DNA of 64,000 nucleotides, taken from assembly GCA_964458705.1 (NCBI GenBank), contig CAYWKD010000019.1:2193-66192 (forward strand). The letters are read 5' to 3'. Shown here in pieces: positions 44,194-54,579 of the stretch. A program made the translations under genes and the position numbers. The number at the start of each line of letters is the position of its first letter. Positions within the stretch are counted from its first letter, which is position 1. This DNA is from an uncultured Saprospiraceae bacterium (lineage in GTDB: Bacteria > Bacteroidota > Bacteroidia > Chitinophagales > Saprospiraceae). The notes beneath the pieces are model-generated. The model saw only the letters and a list, made by a program, of their open reading frames with translations, had not been told where the DNA came from and ran no database searches.

Positions 44194-45021
44194 ATGAAAT
44201 ACACACTTATTACCTTGATTTTCAGCTTCATCGCGCTGAGCTGGACGCTCTTTGCGCAGCCGCTACCCAATGCGCACGCACACAACGATTACGAACACGC
44301 CCGTCCGCTGCTCGATGCACTGGACAATGGTTTCACCTCGGTGGAAGCGGATGTGTATCTCGTGGAAGGCACTTTTTACGTATATCATGATTTGCCAGAT
44401 ACTTTGTATAAATCTCGCTCGCTGGAGAATTTGTACCTGAAACCGTTGCTAAAGCGCATCAAAGCAAACAAAGGGCGCGTTTATCCTGGCTACGATGATT
44501 TTTTCTACCTGATGATTGACTTCAAAAGCGAGGCGAATCCCGCTTACAAAGAGTTAACGAAGCTACTCCGCAAGTACCGACGAATGATTTCTATTGTGAC
44601 GAACGACCAAGACGAACTGCGAAAACCCGTCAAAATTTTCATCTCCGGACATACCGGCAAAAGACCCTACGATGAGATTCTGGCGGATGACAAGAAGCCC
44701 GTCGCGCTGGATGGTCGCCCCGATGAACTGGGACGAGGTATCTCCGCCGCCATGATGCCCGTGGTGAGTAATAACTACCGCAACTTCCTTAGCTGGACGG
44801 GCAAAGGCAACGTAAACCCGCAAGAACAAGAACAACTAAGAGACCTGGTAGAACGCGCCCACGCCGAAGGCAAAAAAGTGCGCCTCTGGGCAGCGCCCGA
44901 TGTACCAGAAGTATGGGCTTTTTTACTCGATAATGGCGTTGATCTGATCAACACCGACCGACTACTGCAACTCCGACAGTTTCTACTGCAACGTAAAGGA
45001 ATAATAGGTAATGAACCGTAA
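44194..45021 (+). CDS. secreted PI-PLC-like / glycerophosphodiester-phosphodiesterase superfamily protein (AIM6-type)
   Basis: Signal peptide and N-terminal HAHNDYEH...VEADVY motif characteristic of this superfamily. GC content is strikingly high relative to the flanks. Confidence 0.6.
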   Translation: MKYTLITLIFSFIALSWTLFAQPLPNAHAHNDYEHARPLLDALDNGFTSVEADVYLVEGTFYVYHDLPDTLYKSRSLENLYLKPLLKRIKANKGRVYPGYDDFFYLMIDFKSEANPAYKELTKLLRKYRRMISIVTNDQDELRKPVKIFISGHTGKRPYDEILADDKKPVALDGRPDELGRGISAAMMPVVSNNYRNFLSWTGKGNVNPQEQEQLRDLVERAHAEGKKVRLWAAPDVPEVWAFLLDNGVDLINTDRLLQLRQFLLQRKGIIGNEP

Positions 45022-45126
45022 TGGAGTGAGAGTAGGCTCTTTTCTAATCTTTCCGCCAGCGAAATATTGATAATGAAGTAAATAAAGGTATCTTTTTGTT
45101 TCATAAATCAGTGCGTTTACGCTTCT

Positions 45127-45156
45127 GCCCCCGACTGCATCGTCGGGGGCTTTTTT
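45127..45156 (+). terminator. GC-rich Rho-independent terminator
   Basis: Stem GCCCCCGAC (45127-45135) / GTCGGGGGC (45142-45150), followed by T6. Confidence 0.8.
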
Positions 45157-45233
45157 CTGGAAGAATGCGAAAGTCCTCTAAATTGTTTAGCCTTTACTAA
45201 GCACTATTAGGTGTGTACTTTCAGAATAGTTTT

Positions 45234-45241
45234 TATATTTG
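45234..45241 (+). promoter_or_regulatory. -7 promoter box (TATATTTG) upstream of the GH20 gene
   Basis: Exact TAnnTTTG match, 45 nt upstream of the ATG at 45286. Confidence 0.3.
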
Positions 45242-45285
45242 TTAAATTACTTTGTAAGAAACCAACGCTTTAAAAAATAGCTTTT

Positions 45286-47844
45286 ATGCGTCTATCCTTA
45301 ATCAATGTCTTTGGGGTATATTTTTTGTTGATGGCTTGTGCCACAGAAAAACAGGTGGAAGATTTCTCTGCACTGAGTGTTAAGTGGACTTTGGAAAGCA
45401 ATCTCATCAAGGATGAACCAGCTTGCAGAGCAGTTTTTACACTTTATAACAATGGTAGTGTTCCTTTGAACGGTAATGATTGGTCTCTTTTTTTTAATCA
45501 AACAAACCGCCGAATTACAGGAAATCCATCTTCCGTAGCGCAGGTGCGGCAAGTGATTGGAGATTTCTATGAGTTGAAGCCTAAAGCTAATTTTACACTT
45601 GCAGCCGGTGATAGTATCGAAGTACCTTATGAGTGTGCCGCTTGGCTGATAAAAGAATCAGATGCACCCCACGGCTTGTACTGGAATGTGCAAGATGAAA
45701 ATGGAGCAAGCGAACAAATTACAGTAGCTAATTACACCGTTCGCCCATTCATTAAATCAGAGCAATTAATGCGTCACAAAGGCGATCAGTTAGCCGTTTG
45801 GACAGCCGAAGAGGAGTACAAACGCAACAAAAATTTATTGACCTTCACCGAAAATCAATTACTACCGATTATACCTTCCCCACAAGTCATTCAGTTGGGT
45901 GCGGACACTATAAATTTAGATCAAAAATTTCCTATTCATTATCCAGATGAATTAGCGTTTGAGGCACAATTTTTAGCTGCAAAAATGGGCGAACTATATA
46001 GCATGTCTCCAACCTTAAAGCCCACAGATGAGAGAGCGACAAATGGCATTAGCTTAACAATTGATTCGAGTCGTAGTCAAAAAGAAGGATATACTTTAAA
46101 TATCAATGCTGAAACTGGAATTACAATTACTGGAAATTCAGCAAGTGGGGCATTCTATGGCATTCAATCGCTACTTCAACTAGTGCCGATTTCCCACTTA
46201 GAGGAAGCGTCTGATAATTTATCTTTGCGGGAAGCAAAAATAACAGATGTACCAAGATTTGAATATCGTGGTATGCACCTAGATGTAGGGCGTAACTTCT
46301 TTGAGGTCGGTGCAGTAAAGAAATTAATGGATGCAATGGCGTTTTATAAATTAAATAAATTGCATCTGCACTTGACAGAAGACGAAGGCTGGCGGCTAGA
46401 CATTCCTGATTTACCAGAACTTGTAGAAGTCGGTGCTAGACGAGGACATACCATTGAAAGTAGCGGTCACTTACATCCCGCCTATGGTTCAGGAGCAGAC
46501 CCTGATGATGCCAACTCAGGCGGAAATGGCTACTATACTAAAGCACAATTTATTGATCTGATTCAATATGCTCATCAGCGACACATTGAAGTCATTCCAG
46601 AAATTAATGTGCCAGGACACGCAAGAGCGGCCATCAAGTCAATGGAGGCTCGATACCAAAAATACATGGGACAGGACAACCCCGAAAAAGCAGCACAATA
46701 TTTGCTGAGTGATTTAGAAGATCAATCAGAATATCGCTCAGTACAGGATTATCCTGATAATGTCATTTGTGTTTGTCAAGAATCAGTTTATACTTTTTAT
46801 GAGAAGGTGATAGATGAAATCATAAAAATGTATCAAGAAGCTGAAGTGCCTTTATACACCATTCATACAGGTGGGGATGAAGTGCCAGTAGGCGTTTGGA
46901 TGGATGCTCCAATCTGTAAAAATCTAATGGCTGCTGTGCCAGAAATTAATACATCAGCAGATTTATCTACTTATTTTTTGAAGCGCATCAACGAAATTCT
47001 TTCTTCCAAAAAATTGATCACAGCGGGGTGGGAAGAAGTTGCCATGTTGAAGCAAGAGAATGGCTACATTCCGCATCCTGACTTTGTGGATAAAAACGTC
47101 GTGCCTTACGTTTGGCAAAACTTGTGGGGCAATCAGGATTTAGGATACAGACTGGCAAATGCTGGTTATCCAGTGGTACTGTGTAATGTAACAAATTTGT
47201 ATTTCGACTTAGCTTATTCAAATGATCCAAGAGAGCGCGGCTTCTATTGGGGTGGGTTCATTGATACAAAAAAACCTTACGAGCTATTGCCTTTTGATGT
47301 CTTCAAATCAACCAAAATTGATCCGATGGGCAATACTTTTTCTGCTGAAGACTATAAAGAAATGGAACGCCTAAAGCCAAGTGCCACTGCTAATATATTA
47401 GGTATTCAGGGAGCGCTATGGAGCGAGACCATTAAGACGGAAGAAATGTTAGAGTATTATTACATGCCAAAATTACTTGGTCTGGCAGAGCGCGCATGGA
47501 GCAAGCAACCCGAATGGGCTAAAGCAAAAAACGAAGCGCCTTTCCATGAAGCGTGGAGTCAGTTTGCTAGTACCATAGCTCAAAAAGAGTTACCCATACT
47601 CAATAAACTTTCAGGCGGTTATCAATATCGCATACCTACTCCCGGTGCTATGTTAAAAGACGGTCAACTATACGCTAATTTAGCCCTGCCGGGAATGACA
47701 CTGCGATACACCACAGATGGAAGTGAACCGAATGGCAATTCTACTTTATATACCAAGCCTGTTGCCATTCAAGGTGAGGTGATCAAAATAAGTGCTTTTA
47801 ACAAATCGGGTAGGAATGGCTTTGTAGCGACTATCAAACAATAA
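45286..47844 (+). CDS. beta-N-acetylhexosaminidase (GH20) with accessory N- and C-terminal domains
   Basis: GH20 motifs HLHLTEDEGWR and HTGGDEV. The C-terminus is a chitobiase-type domain (LRYTTDGSEPNGNSTLY). Confidence 0.9.
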   Translation: MRLSLINVFGVYFLLMACATEKQVEDFSALSVKWTLESNLIKDEPACRAVFTLYNNGSVPLNGNDWSLFFNQTNRRITGNPSSVAQVRQVIGDFYELKPKANFTLAAGDSIEVPYECAAWLIKESDAPHGLYWNVQDENGASEQITVANYTVRPFIKSEQLMRHKGDQLAVWTAEEEYKRNKNLLTFTENQLLPIIPSPQVIQLGADTINLDQKFPIHYPDELAFEAQFLAAKMGELYSMSPTLKPTDERATNGISLTIDSSRSQKEGYTLNINAETGITITGNSASGAFYGIQSLLQLVPISHLEEASDNLSLREAKITDVPRFEYRGMHLDVGRNFFEVGAVKKLMDAMAFYKLNKLHLHLTEDEGWRLDIPDLPELVEVGARRGHTIESSGHLHPAYGSGADPDDANSGGNGYYTKAQFIDLIQYAHQRHIEVIPEINVPGHARAAIKSMEARYQKYMGQDNPEKAAQYLLSDLEDQSEYRSVQDYPDNVICVCQESVYTFYEKVIDEIIKMYQEAEVPLYTIHTGGDEVPVGVWMDAPICKNLMAAVPEINTSADLSTYFLKRINEILSSKKLITAGWEEVAMLKQENGYIPHPDFVDKNVVPYVWQNLWGNQDLGYRLANAGYPVVLCNVTNLYFDLAYSNDPRERGFYWGGFIDTKKPYELLPFDVFKSTKIDPMGNTFSAEDYKEMERLKPSATANILGIQGALWSETIKTEEMLEYYYMPKLLGLAERAWSKQPEWAKAKNEAPFHEAWSQFASTIAQKELPILNKLSGGYQYRIPTPGAMLKDGQLYANLALPGMTLRYTTDGSEPNGNSTLYTKPVAIQGEVIKISAFNKSGRNGFVATIKQ

Positions 47845-47922
47845 TCAGTTAATAAGTTTAGCATACAAAATAGATCAAAAAATCTGTTGTAAAGTATGAA
47901 TTGTATCTAAAAACAATCTTTT

Positions 47923-48495
47923 ATGAAAACGCTTTGGATAATATTATGTATAATCATTGGCACTGTAACCATTTCATTCGGTCAGACGACTATTTTTAAA
48001 ACAATTGAGCAAGGCGGTAAGCATTCGACTTATCCTATTCAGAAATATGAGCAGAAATATCCCTATGATGTTAAAATGATAAATTTAAAAGGCGATACGA
48101 TTAGCTCTGACCAAGTGTTTGCTCAAAATGGTGAGCCTACGGTCCTTTTATTTTGGTTGACTACCTGTGTACCTTGTAAATATGAAATCAATGCTATCAT
48201 TAAAAAATACGATGAATGGGCAACTAAGGCAGATTTCAACTTTTATGCTATCGCTTTAGATTTTCCAAAGTATCAGCCCGATTTTTTTGAAGATGCCGCT
48301 GCTTTCCCTTTTGAGTCCTACCTTGATTACAATAGAGGATTCAAAAGAGTCATGCCCGATGGTATTAATGGCACACCTCAAACCTTCGTTTTAAACAGCA
48401 GTGGAGCGGTTACTTATCATAAAAGGAAATACCGCATAGGAGATGAAGATAAATTATTTGAGGAAATCATGATTCTGCATTTAGAGGGAGAATAG
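47923..48495 (+). CDS. thioredoxin-fold protein (TlpA/redoxin-like)
   Basis: Signal peptide and a CVPC redox motif in a WLTTCVPCKYE context. Confidence 0.7.
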   Translation: MKTLWIILCIIIGTVTISFGQTTIFKTIEQGGKHSTYPIQKYEQKYPYDVKMINLKGDTISSDQVFAQNGEPTVLLFWLTTCVPCKYEINAIIKKYDEWATKADFNFYAIALDFPKYQPDFFEDAAAFPFESYLDYNRGFKRVMPDGINGTPQTFVLNSSGAVTYHKRKYRIGDEDKLFEEIMILHLEGE

Positions 48496-48567
48496 CCTTT
48501 TTTACCGATGACTTAAAGTGAACATTCCTGCTGTTTCTCAGTTTACCCAAAATAAAAACGACTTAAT

Positions 48568-48732
48568 ATGTTTGGATTATTCAAAAAGAAATCGCCTAAG
48601 GAAAAATTGGAAGAGCAGTACAAAAAACTAATGGAAGAGTCCTATAAACTCTCCCATACAGATAGAAAAGCAAGCGATCTGAAGCGGGCTGAAGCTGAGG
48701 AAGTTTTGAAGCAGATAGAGAAAGTGGAGTAG
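48568..48732 (+). CDS. small conserved protein (54 aa), resembles Bacteroidota 'Lacal_2735 family'
   Basis: An ORF below the 60-aa track cutoff, translated by hand: MFGLFKKKSPKEKLEEQYKKLMEESYKLSHTDRKASDLKRAEAEEVLKQIEKVE. The N-terminal MFGLFKKK and helical K/E pattern match my recollection of that family. Confidence 0.55.
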   Translation: MFGLFKKKSPKEKLEEQYKKLMEESYKLSHTDRKASDLKRAEAEEVLKQIEKVE

Positions 48733-48739
48733 TTGAAAC

Positions 48740-51700
48740 TTACAAACTCAATTGTCCTCCAGCTACTTTTGTCTCCTCGATGGCTTCCATTACTGTGTTG
48801 TGCTCAAAACTCCTGAAATCCACAGGCAGCACGTTAGAAATTCCTTTTTCATTGTGTACGCCATAGATCACATCTACGGCAGCCATAGTTAATTTATTAT
48901 GTGTTACAATAATGAACTGCGAGTCTTTCGAAAATTTGCGGATAATTTTGTTGAATTTTTCAATATTCGCATCATCTAGCGGTGCATCTACCTCATCGAA
49001 AATGCAAAATGGTGCAGGCTTGAGCAGATAGAGTGCAAAAAGTAGCGCAGTAGCAGTTAGCGTCTTTTCGCCACCCGAAAGTTGATTGATTGTTTGTGGT
49101 CGCTTGCCCTTTGGCTTGGCAATAATCTCAATACCTGAGTTGAGCGGATCGTCGGGATCAAGTAGAATCAAATCACAAATATCATCTTCAGTAAAAAGAC
49201 TTCGGAAGGCTTCAATGAAATAGACCCTTGTTTCTTCAAAGGCTTGTAGGAATTGGCTGGTGGCCGTTTCTTCAATTTCCTTGATGGTTTCTTCGAGGTC
49301 GTCTTTGGCTTTTAAAATATCATCGCATTGTTGAGCGATGTTGTCGTGGCGTTCTTTCATGGCATCATAAGCCTCTACTGCCATTGGATTGATGTCGCCG
49401 TAGTTATCTAAACGATTTTTGAGTTGCTCTACTTTTGCTGCTAGCTCTTCCAAATTTTGATCCTCAGGCACGTCTTGACTATTAATGAGTTCGTTGATTT
49501 CCATTTCAAATTCAATCTTCACACGCTGTGCGACCGAACTGATTTGATATTTAACATCATTAAATTGATCTTTGAGCCTATTGATGCTGATTTGTGCATC
49601 TTGTTGCGCCTTGTTGCTTTTTCGGAGTTGCTTTTCGAGTTCGTTGATTTGCTCGCGCGCCTGATAATAAGTCTGCTCAAAAGTGGTTAAAGTAGTAGCT
49701 TGTTCTTTCTTTTGACTATAATATTCTTTTAATTGCTGCTCCAGTACTACTACTTCATCTCTTAGTAAATTCAACTCATCTGTTGCGGTAGTTTGCTCTT
49801 TTTGCTGTTGTTCTAGGTTAGCTTGTGTTTCTTGTAGCTGCTTTTCTCGAAAAGTTAATTCTTGTTGAAACGTATTGACTTTATTTTGTTGCTTGATGTA
49901 TTCAATATTGCGTTCGTTAAAAGCGGTGCTAGCCTTGCTGAGTTGTTCTGCGACTCCTTGGAAAGAACCTTCTGCTTTAGCTATTTGTAATTTCACCCCA
50001 TCTGAGGTATCGCGTTTTTCAACGAGTTGATTATCAATTGCTTCATTGTCTTTAATAGATTGCTGGGCTATTTTTCTAGCTGAATCAATTTTTACTTCAA
50101 TGCCTTTTTGGAAACTCTCAAAATTCTCTAATCTAGAATCCAAGCCTGCCTTTTTTTGTAGGAGTTGATTTAAGTTGCTAGTGATTACTTGGATTTCCTG
50201 CTCGACTTTTTGCGCTTTTACTTGATCTAGCTGACCCTTGAATGAATAGTGATCGGATGATAAGCGATCCGCCTGACGCTCCAACTGCTTGATTTCTGTT
50301 TCAAGGATTTCGATATTCTTTTTGCGACCAATTTTTTTTCCTTCAAATAAGCCAATCGATCCCCCAGACAAGCTGTAAGGTTTGCGGATTAATCGTCCGC
50401 TCCGTGCCAATACGACTAATACCTCATTAGAAATTTTATTGACCTGTGCATCGTCATCCACTACCATCACGTTCTCTAGCAAGTAGCTGCATAAATTTAA
50501 GTACTTGTTTTCTACTTCAATTAACTCGACGGCACGATGGGCAGTGGCTTGGACGGTGATGGGCGGCACATAATTTTGAAAAGCATCTAGCATGAAAAAA
50601 TTAGCTTTCCCTTTTTGTGCATTGCTCAATAAGCGAATGGCAGCCATCGCCTCTTCTTTATCAGCAACGACATAATAATTCAGATAAGGCTCAAGGTAAT
50701 TTTCAATAGCAACTCTATACGCCTCCTTCACATAAATCAAGTCAGAAAGCAAGGGTGCTGCTGTACTCCAGTTCTTTTTATTGCTCAAAAACTGAATGGA
50801 CTCCGGGAAGCCTTCCATATTATTAATCATGCTCCGCACTAATTCCAATTCATTCTTCTTAGCATCTAGTTTTCGATTAATCTGATTGCGTTTAGTTTGA
50901 ATTTCTTCCAACTGATTATTTAGTCGCTGAATATCAAACTGTTTTTTTTCTTTAGCAATTTCTAAAGACTTTAGCTGTTTTTGTTGAAAAGTTTCCTCTT
51001 TCTTTAAGTGTTGTAATGTTTCTCGTAAATCAATAATTTGGGCAGTGCGCTGCTCAATTTCCTTTTCGTGCTGCTCAATTTCTTTTGCTCGACTCGCAAT
51101 TTGGTTGCTGTTGATCGCTTTTTGCTTTTCTAGCTCAAATATAGCCTGCTCGGCAGCTTGTTGCTGTTTTAATATTTCGTCGCGGCTACCTTTCAAATCC
51201 GAATGACTCAGTTTGATGCTTTCTAGTGCTTTTTCTGCTGCTTCTAGTTGATCTTCAAGCTGTGCTTCAATTCGTTTTTCGCTATTCAATTCAGTGCGAT
51301 AATAGGCTATTTCTTCCTTCAATTCATTGATCCTCAAAGTTGCCTTTTCGATCTGACTAGTAAGTTGATCTTGGTTTTGTTGAATGAATGTAATCTTCTG
51401 AATGATGATTTTTTTATCATTTTCTATGCCTCTAATTTGCCCTGTCAGGCGATTCAAATTGCGTTGTTTGTCGGAGAGCATTCGCTCATTATCTATATTT
51501 CTCTTCTTCTCTGCCTCTACTTTAGCTTCAATCTGTCGAGTTTCGATTTCTAATGAACGGTATTTATCTTGTTCTTTATCAAGGCGATCTTTCAGGTTGT
51601 GATGTTGCTCCTTCAGCTTTGACATCTTAATCAAAGTCAAATCTACACTTAGTTGCCTGTATTTATCTTTAAGTTCAAAATATCGACGAGTGCGTTTAGC

Positions 51701-52324
51701 TTGCTTTTCAAGCGTAGTGATTTGCCCATTGATTTCGTAGAGTAAATCCTCTACGCGTTCTAAATCCTCTGTGGTACTTTTAAGTTTGTTGATTGTTTCT
51801 CGCTTTCTAATCTTATATTTTGAAATGCCAGCCGCTTGCTCAAACATTTTTCGGCGTGCATTATCCTTGTCGCTTAAAATATCATCTACCATACCCAAAG
51901 CAATGATAGCATAAGAGTTTGAGCCAATTCCTGTATCCAAAAACAGCGTTGTAATGTCCTTTAATCGGCATTTCACATTATTCAGGCGATACTCACTTTC
52001 ACCAGAGCGATAAAGCATCCGAGTGATGGAAACAGTATTATACTCTGTTGGCAATAAATTTTTTGTGTTTTCAAAAGTGAGAGTTACCTGTGCTAAACTA
52101 CCTGCTTTCTTTGTTTTTGTTCCGTTAAAAATAACACTAGACATCTGGTCTAGGCGCAATTCCTTACTCTTTTGCTCGCCTAACACCCAGCGAATTGAAT
52201 CAACAATATTTGACTTTCCCGAACCATTCGGACCAACAACACCCACCACATCCTCGTTAAAGTGAATAGTGGTGTCATTAGCAAAACTCTTGAACCCTTT
52301 AATGTCTAGTCTTTTTAATCGCAT
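48740..52324 (-). CDS. smc: chromosome segregation protein SMC
   Basis: 1194 aa with Walker A GPNGSGKSN, long coiled coils around a hinge, signature LSGGEKT and Walker B CIFDEVDAPLD. Confidence 0.95.
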   Translation of the reverse strand: MRLKRLDIKGFKSFANDTTIHFNEDVVGVVGPNGSGKSNIVDSIRWVLGEQKSKELRLDQMSSVIFNGTKTKKAGSLAQVTLTFENTKNLLPTEYNTVSITRMLYRSGESEYRLNNVKCRLKDITTLFLDTGIGSNSYAIIALGMVDDILSDKDNARRKMFEQAAGISKYKIRKRETINKLKSTTEDLERVEDLLYEINGQITTLEKQAKRTRRYFELKDKYRQLSVDLTLIKMSKLKEQHHNLKDRLDKEQDKYRSLEIETRQIEAKVEAEKKRNIDNERMLSDKQRNLNRLTGQIRGIENDKKIIIQKITFIQQNQDQLTSQIEKATLRINELKEEIAYYRTELNSEKRIEAQLEDQLEAAEKALESIKLSHSDLKGSRDEILKQQQAAEQAIFELEKQKAINSNQIASRAKEIEQHEKEIEQRTAQIIDLRETLQHLKKEETFQQKQLKSLEIAKEKKQFDIQRLNNQLEEIQTKRNQINRKLDAKKNELELVRSMINNMEGFPESIQFLSNKKNWSTAAPLLSDLIYVKEAYRVAIENYLEPYLNYYVVADKEEAMAAIRLLSNAQKGKANFFMLDAFQNYVPPITVQATAHRAVELIEVENKYLNLCSYLLENVMVVDDDAQVNKISNEVLVVLARSGRLIRKPYSLSGGSIGLFEGKKIGRKKNIEILETEIKQLERQADRLSSDHYSFKGQLDQVKAQKVEQEIQVITSNLNQLLQKKAGLDSRLENFESFQKGIEVKIDSARKIAQQSIKDNEAIDNQLVEKRDTSDGVKLQIAKAEGSFQGVAEQLSKASTAFNERNIEYIKQQNKVNTFQQELTFREKQLQETQANLEQQQKEQTTATDELNLLRDEVVVLEQQLKEYYSQKKEQATTLTTFEQTYYQAREQINELEKQLRKSNKAQQDAQISINRLKDQFNDVKYQISSVAQRVKIEFEMEINELINSQDVPEDQNLEELAAKVEQLKNRLDNYGDINPMAVEAYDAMKERHDNIAQQCDDILKAKDDLEETIKEIEETATSQFLQAFEETRVYFIEAFRSLFTEDDICDLILLDPDDPLNSGIEIIAKPKGKRPQTINQLSGGEKTLTATALLFALYLLKPAPFCIFDEVDAPLDDANIEKFNKIIRKFSKDSQFIIVTHNKLTMAAVDVIYGVHNEKGISNVLPVDFRSFEHNTVMEAIEETKVAGGQLSL

Positions 52325-52551
52325 TTGCTCTAGGTAAAACAGGTTTTCCGACCTGCGAACTATCGTATTACAAATTAAAATATTTATACTACTTGATTTT
52401 TGAAAGGCAAAATTCCGAGCTATTCATCTCAAGCTAAGCAAGCACGTTGCTTTAAAAGAATACAAAAATACGAAAAAAAGAGAAGCTGAAAATTTATAGC
52501 TATTATCAAAATCCAAGAAAAACATTCTCAATTTATTCCAAACATTTCACC

Positions 52552-52559
52552 TATCTTTG
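52552..52559 (+). promoter_or_regulatory. -7 promoter box (TATCTTTG) upstream of typA
   Basis: Exact TAnnTTTG match, 75 nt upstream of the ATG at 52634. Confidence 0.3.
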
Positions 52560-52633
52560 TGTGTCTTTAAAATTAAGACTAGACTGTTGAAAACGTGGGA
52601 TATTCATTCCACAACACTACTAAAGAAGGAATA

Positions 52634-54460
52634 ATGGTACAATCTATTCGCAACGTCGCAATTATTGCACACGTTGACCACGGCAAGACTACGCTTGTCG
52701 ATCTTATGCTACATGCTGGAAATTTATTCGGAGAACGCGAAAATCCAGGCATGCTTATTATGGACAATAACGACTTAGAGCGTGAACGTGGAATTACGAT
52801 CACTTCTAAGAATGCTTCTATCATTTATAAGGATGTAAAAATAAATATTATTGATACTCCTGGCCACTCCGACTTCGGTGGTGAGGTGGAGCGAGTACTG
52901 AATATGGCAGACAGTGCTATACTACTAGTAGATGCTTTTGAAGGTCCGATGCCACAAACGCGCTTTGTACTTCAAAAAGCACTAGAATTAGGACTTAAGC
53001 CCATCTTGGTTGTCAATAAAGTGGATAAAGAAAACTGCACGCCAGAAGAGGTACAAGAAGCCGTTTTTGATTTGATGTTTACATTAGATGCCACGGAAGA
53101 GCAGCTAGAGTTTCCAACAATTTATGGTTCTGCCAAATTTGGCTGGATGAACTATGATTGGAAAACGAAAACAGATAATATTGATGCTTTAATGGATACC
53201 ATTGTTGAGTATGTGCCTGAACCGAAGATAGAAGAGGGAACACTTCAAATGCTAATTACTTCATTGGACTATTCTTCCTTCACTGGGAGAATTGCAATTG
53301 GACGTTTGAACAGAGGTACTTTAAACGCCTCTCAAAGAGTAGCTCTGGTGAAAAATAATGGTGAAACCATTACCAAGCACAGCCTGAAAGGTCTATATGG
53401 TTTCAACGGTATGGATAAAATTAAAATCGAGGAAGTACAAGCTGGAGATATTTGTGCCGTAGTAGGAATTGATGGTTTTGAAATCGGTGATACAATTGCA
53501 GATGCCGAGAATCCTGAGGCACTGCCGACTATCGCAGTAGATGAGCCTACAATGAGTATGCTTTTTACCATCAATGATTCGCCATTCTTTGGAAAAGAAG
53601 GAAAATTTGTAACTTCTCGGCACATTAATGATAGATTAGAAAAAGAGTTAGAAAAAAACCTAGCTCTACGTATAGCACCAGGCAATACAGCAGATTCCTT
53701 CAACGTCTTTGGTCGTGGCGTATTGCACCTAGCTGTTTTGATTGAGACAATGCGGCGCGAAGGATTTGAATTGCAAATCGGTCAGCCACAAGTGATTATG
53801 AAAACGATTAATGGTGTAAAATGTGAACCTGTTGAGGAATTGACGATTGATTTGCCTGAAAGTGCTTCTGGAAAAGCAATCGAAATGATTACCCGTAGAA
53901 AAGGCGATATGCAGTCCATGACACCGAAAGGTGATCGGATGATATTGAAGTTTGAAATCCCTTCTCGTGGCATCATTGGTTTGAGAACAAATTTAATAAA
54001 CGCTTCGGGTGGCGAGGCAATTATGACCCATCGCTTCACAGAGTATCAACCGCACAAAGGCGAAATTCCGGGTCGTCAAAAAGGGTCATTAATTTCGATG
54101 GAAAACGGTAAGGCTATTCCTTATTCTATCTCAAATTTGCAAGAACGTGGAACTTTCTTCATTGAGCCGAACCAAGATATTTATGAAGGCCAGGTAGTTG
54201 GTGAAAACGCTCGACCAGGTGATATGACCATCAACTTAACTAAGACTAAAAAATTGACAAACATGCGCTCTTCTGGTGCAGATGCCAAGTTAAAGTTGAC
54301 ACCGCCTCTTCGATTTACATTGGAAGAAGCATTAGAATATATACAAGGAGATGAATATGTAGAAGTAACTCCAGAGAACATTCGCATCCGTAAAGTCTTT
54401 TTAAAAGAACATGAACGCAAGCGCTCTAAAAATAGCGCATTAGCTGGATCGAATGTGTAG
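52634..54460 (+). CDS. typA: translational GTPase TypA/BipA
   Basis: G motifs [20 protein letters not shown] and NKVD. The start is placed at [11 protein letters not shown] (52634) rather than the upstream GTG of the ORF track. Confidence 0.95.
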   Translation: MVQSIRNVAIIAHVDHGKTTLVDLMLHAGNLFGERENPGMLIMDNNDLERERGITITSKNASIIYKDVKINIIDTPGHSDFGGEVERVLNMADSAILLVDAFEGPMPQTRFVLQKALELGLKPILVVNKVDKENCTPEEVQEAVFDLMFTLDATEEQLEFPTIYGSAKFGWMNYDWKTKTDNIDALMDTIVEYVPEPKIEEGTLQMLITSLDYSSFTGRIAIGRLNRGTLNASQRVALVKNNGETITKHSLKGLYGFNGMDKIKIEEVQAGDICAVVGIDGFEIGDTIADAENPEALPTIAVDEPTMSMLFTINDSPFFGKEGKFVTSRHINDRLEKELEKNLALRIAPGNTADSFNVFGRGVLHLAVLIETMRREGFELQIGQPQVIMKTINGVKCEPVEELTIDLPESASGKAIEMITRRKGDMQSMTPKGDRMILKFEIPSRGIIGLRTNLINASGGEAIMTHRFTEYQPHKGEIPGRQKGSLISMENGKAIPYSISNLQERGTFFIEPNQDIYEGQVVGENARPGDMTINLTKTKKLTNMRSSGADAKLKLTPPLRFTLEEALEYIQGDEYVEVTPENIRIRKVFLKEHERKRSKNSALAGSNV

Positions 54461-54500
54461 TCATAATGCGAACTCAGGCATTGTTACCTGCTTAGTAAGC

Positions 54501-54537
54501 AAATCTAACTACCTTTATTTTCAAGGTAGTTAGATTT
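54501..54537. terminator. bidirectional terminator hairpin between typA and GSII
   Basis: 13-bp perfect inverted repeat AAATCTAACTACC (54501-54513) / GGTAGTTAGATTT (54525-54537) with A/T runs on both sides, between convergent genes. Confidence 0.65.
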
Positions 54538-54579
54538 AATTTTATTGTTTACTCAATACATTTTAATACACTAAAAACA

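Noticed and set aside
44563-45104. Two minus-strand ORFs (90 and 109 aa) overlapping the PI-PLC-like gene and its 3' region.
   Set aside because: They are a by-product of the locally high GC content, which depletes stop codons. The translations are Arg/Ser/Gly-rich nonsense, and the plus-strand gene has a signal peptide and a family motif.
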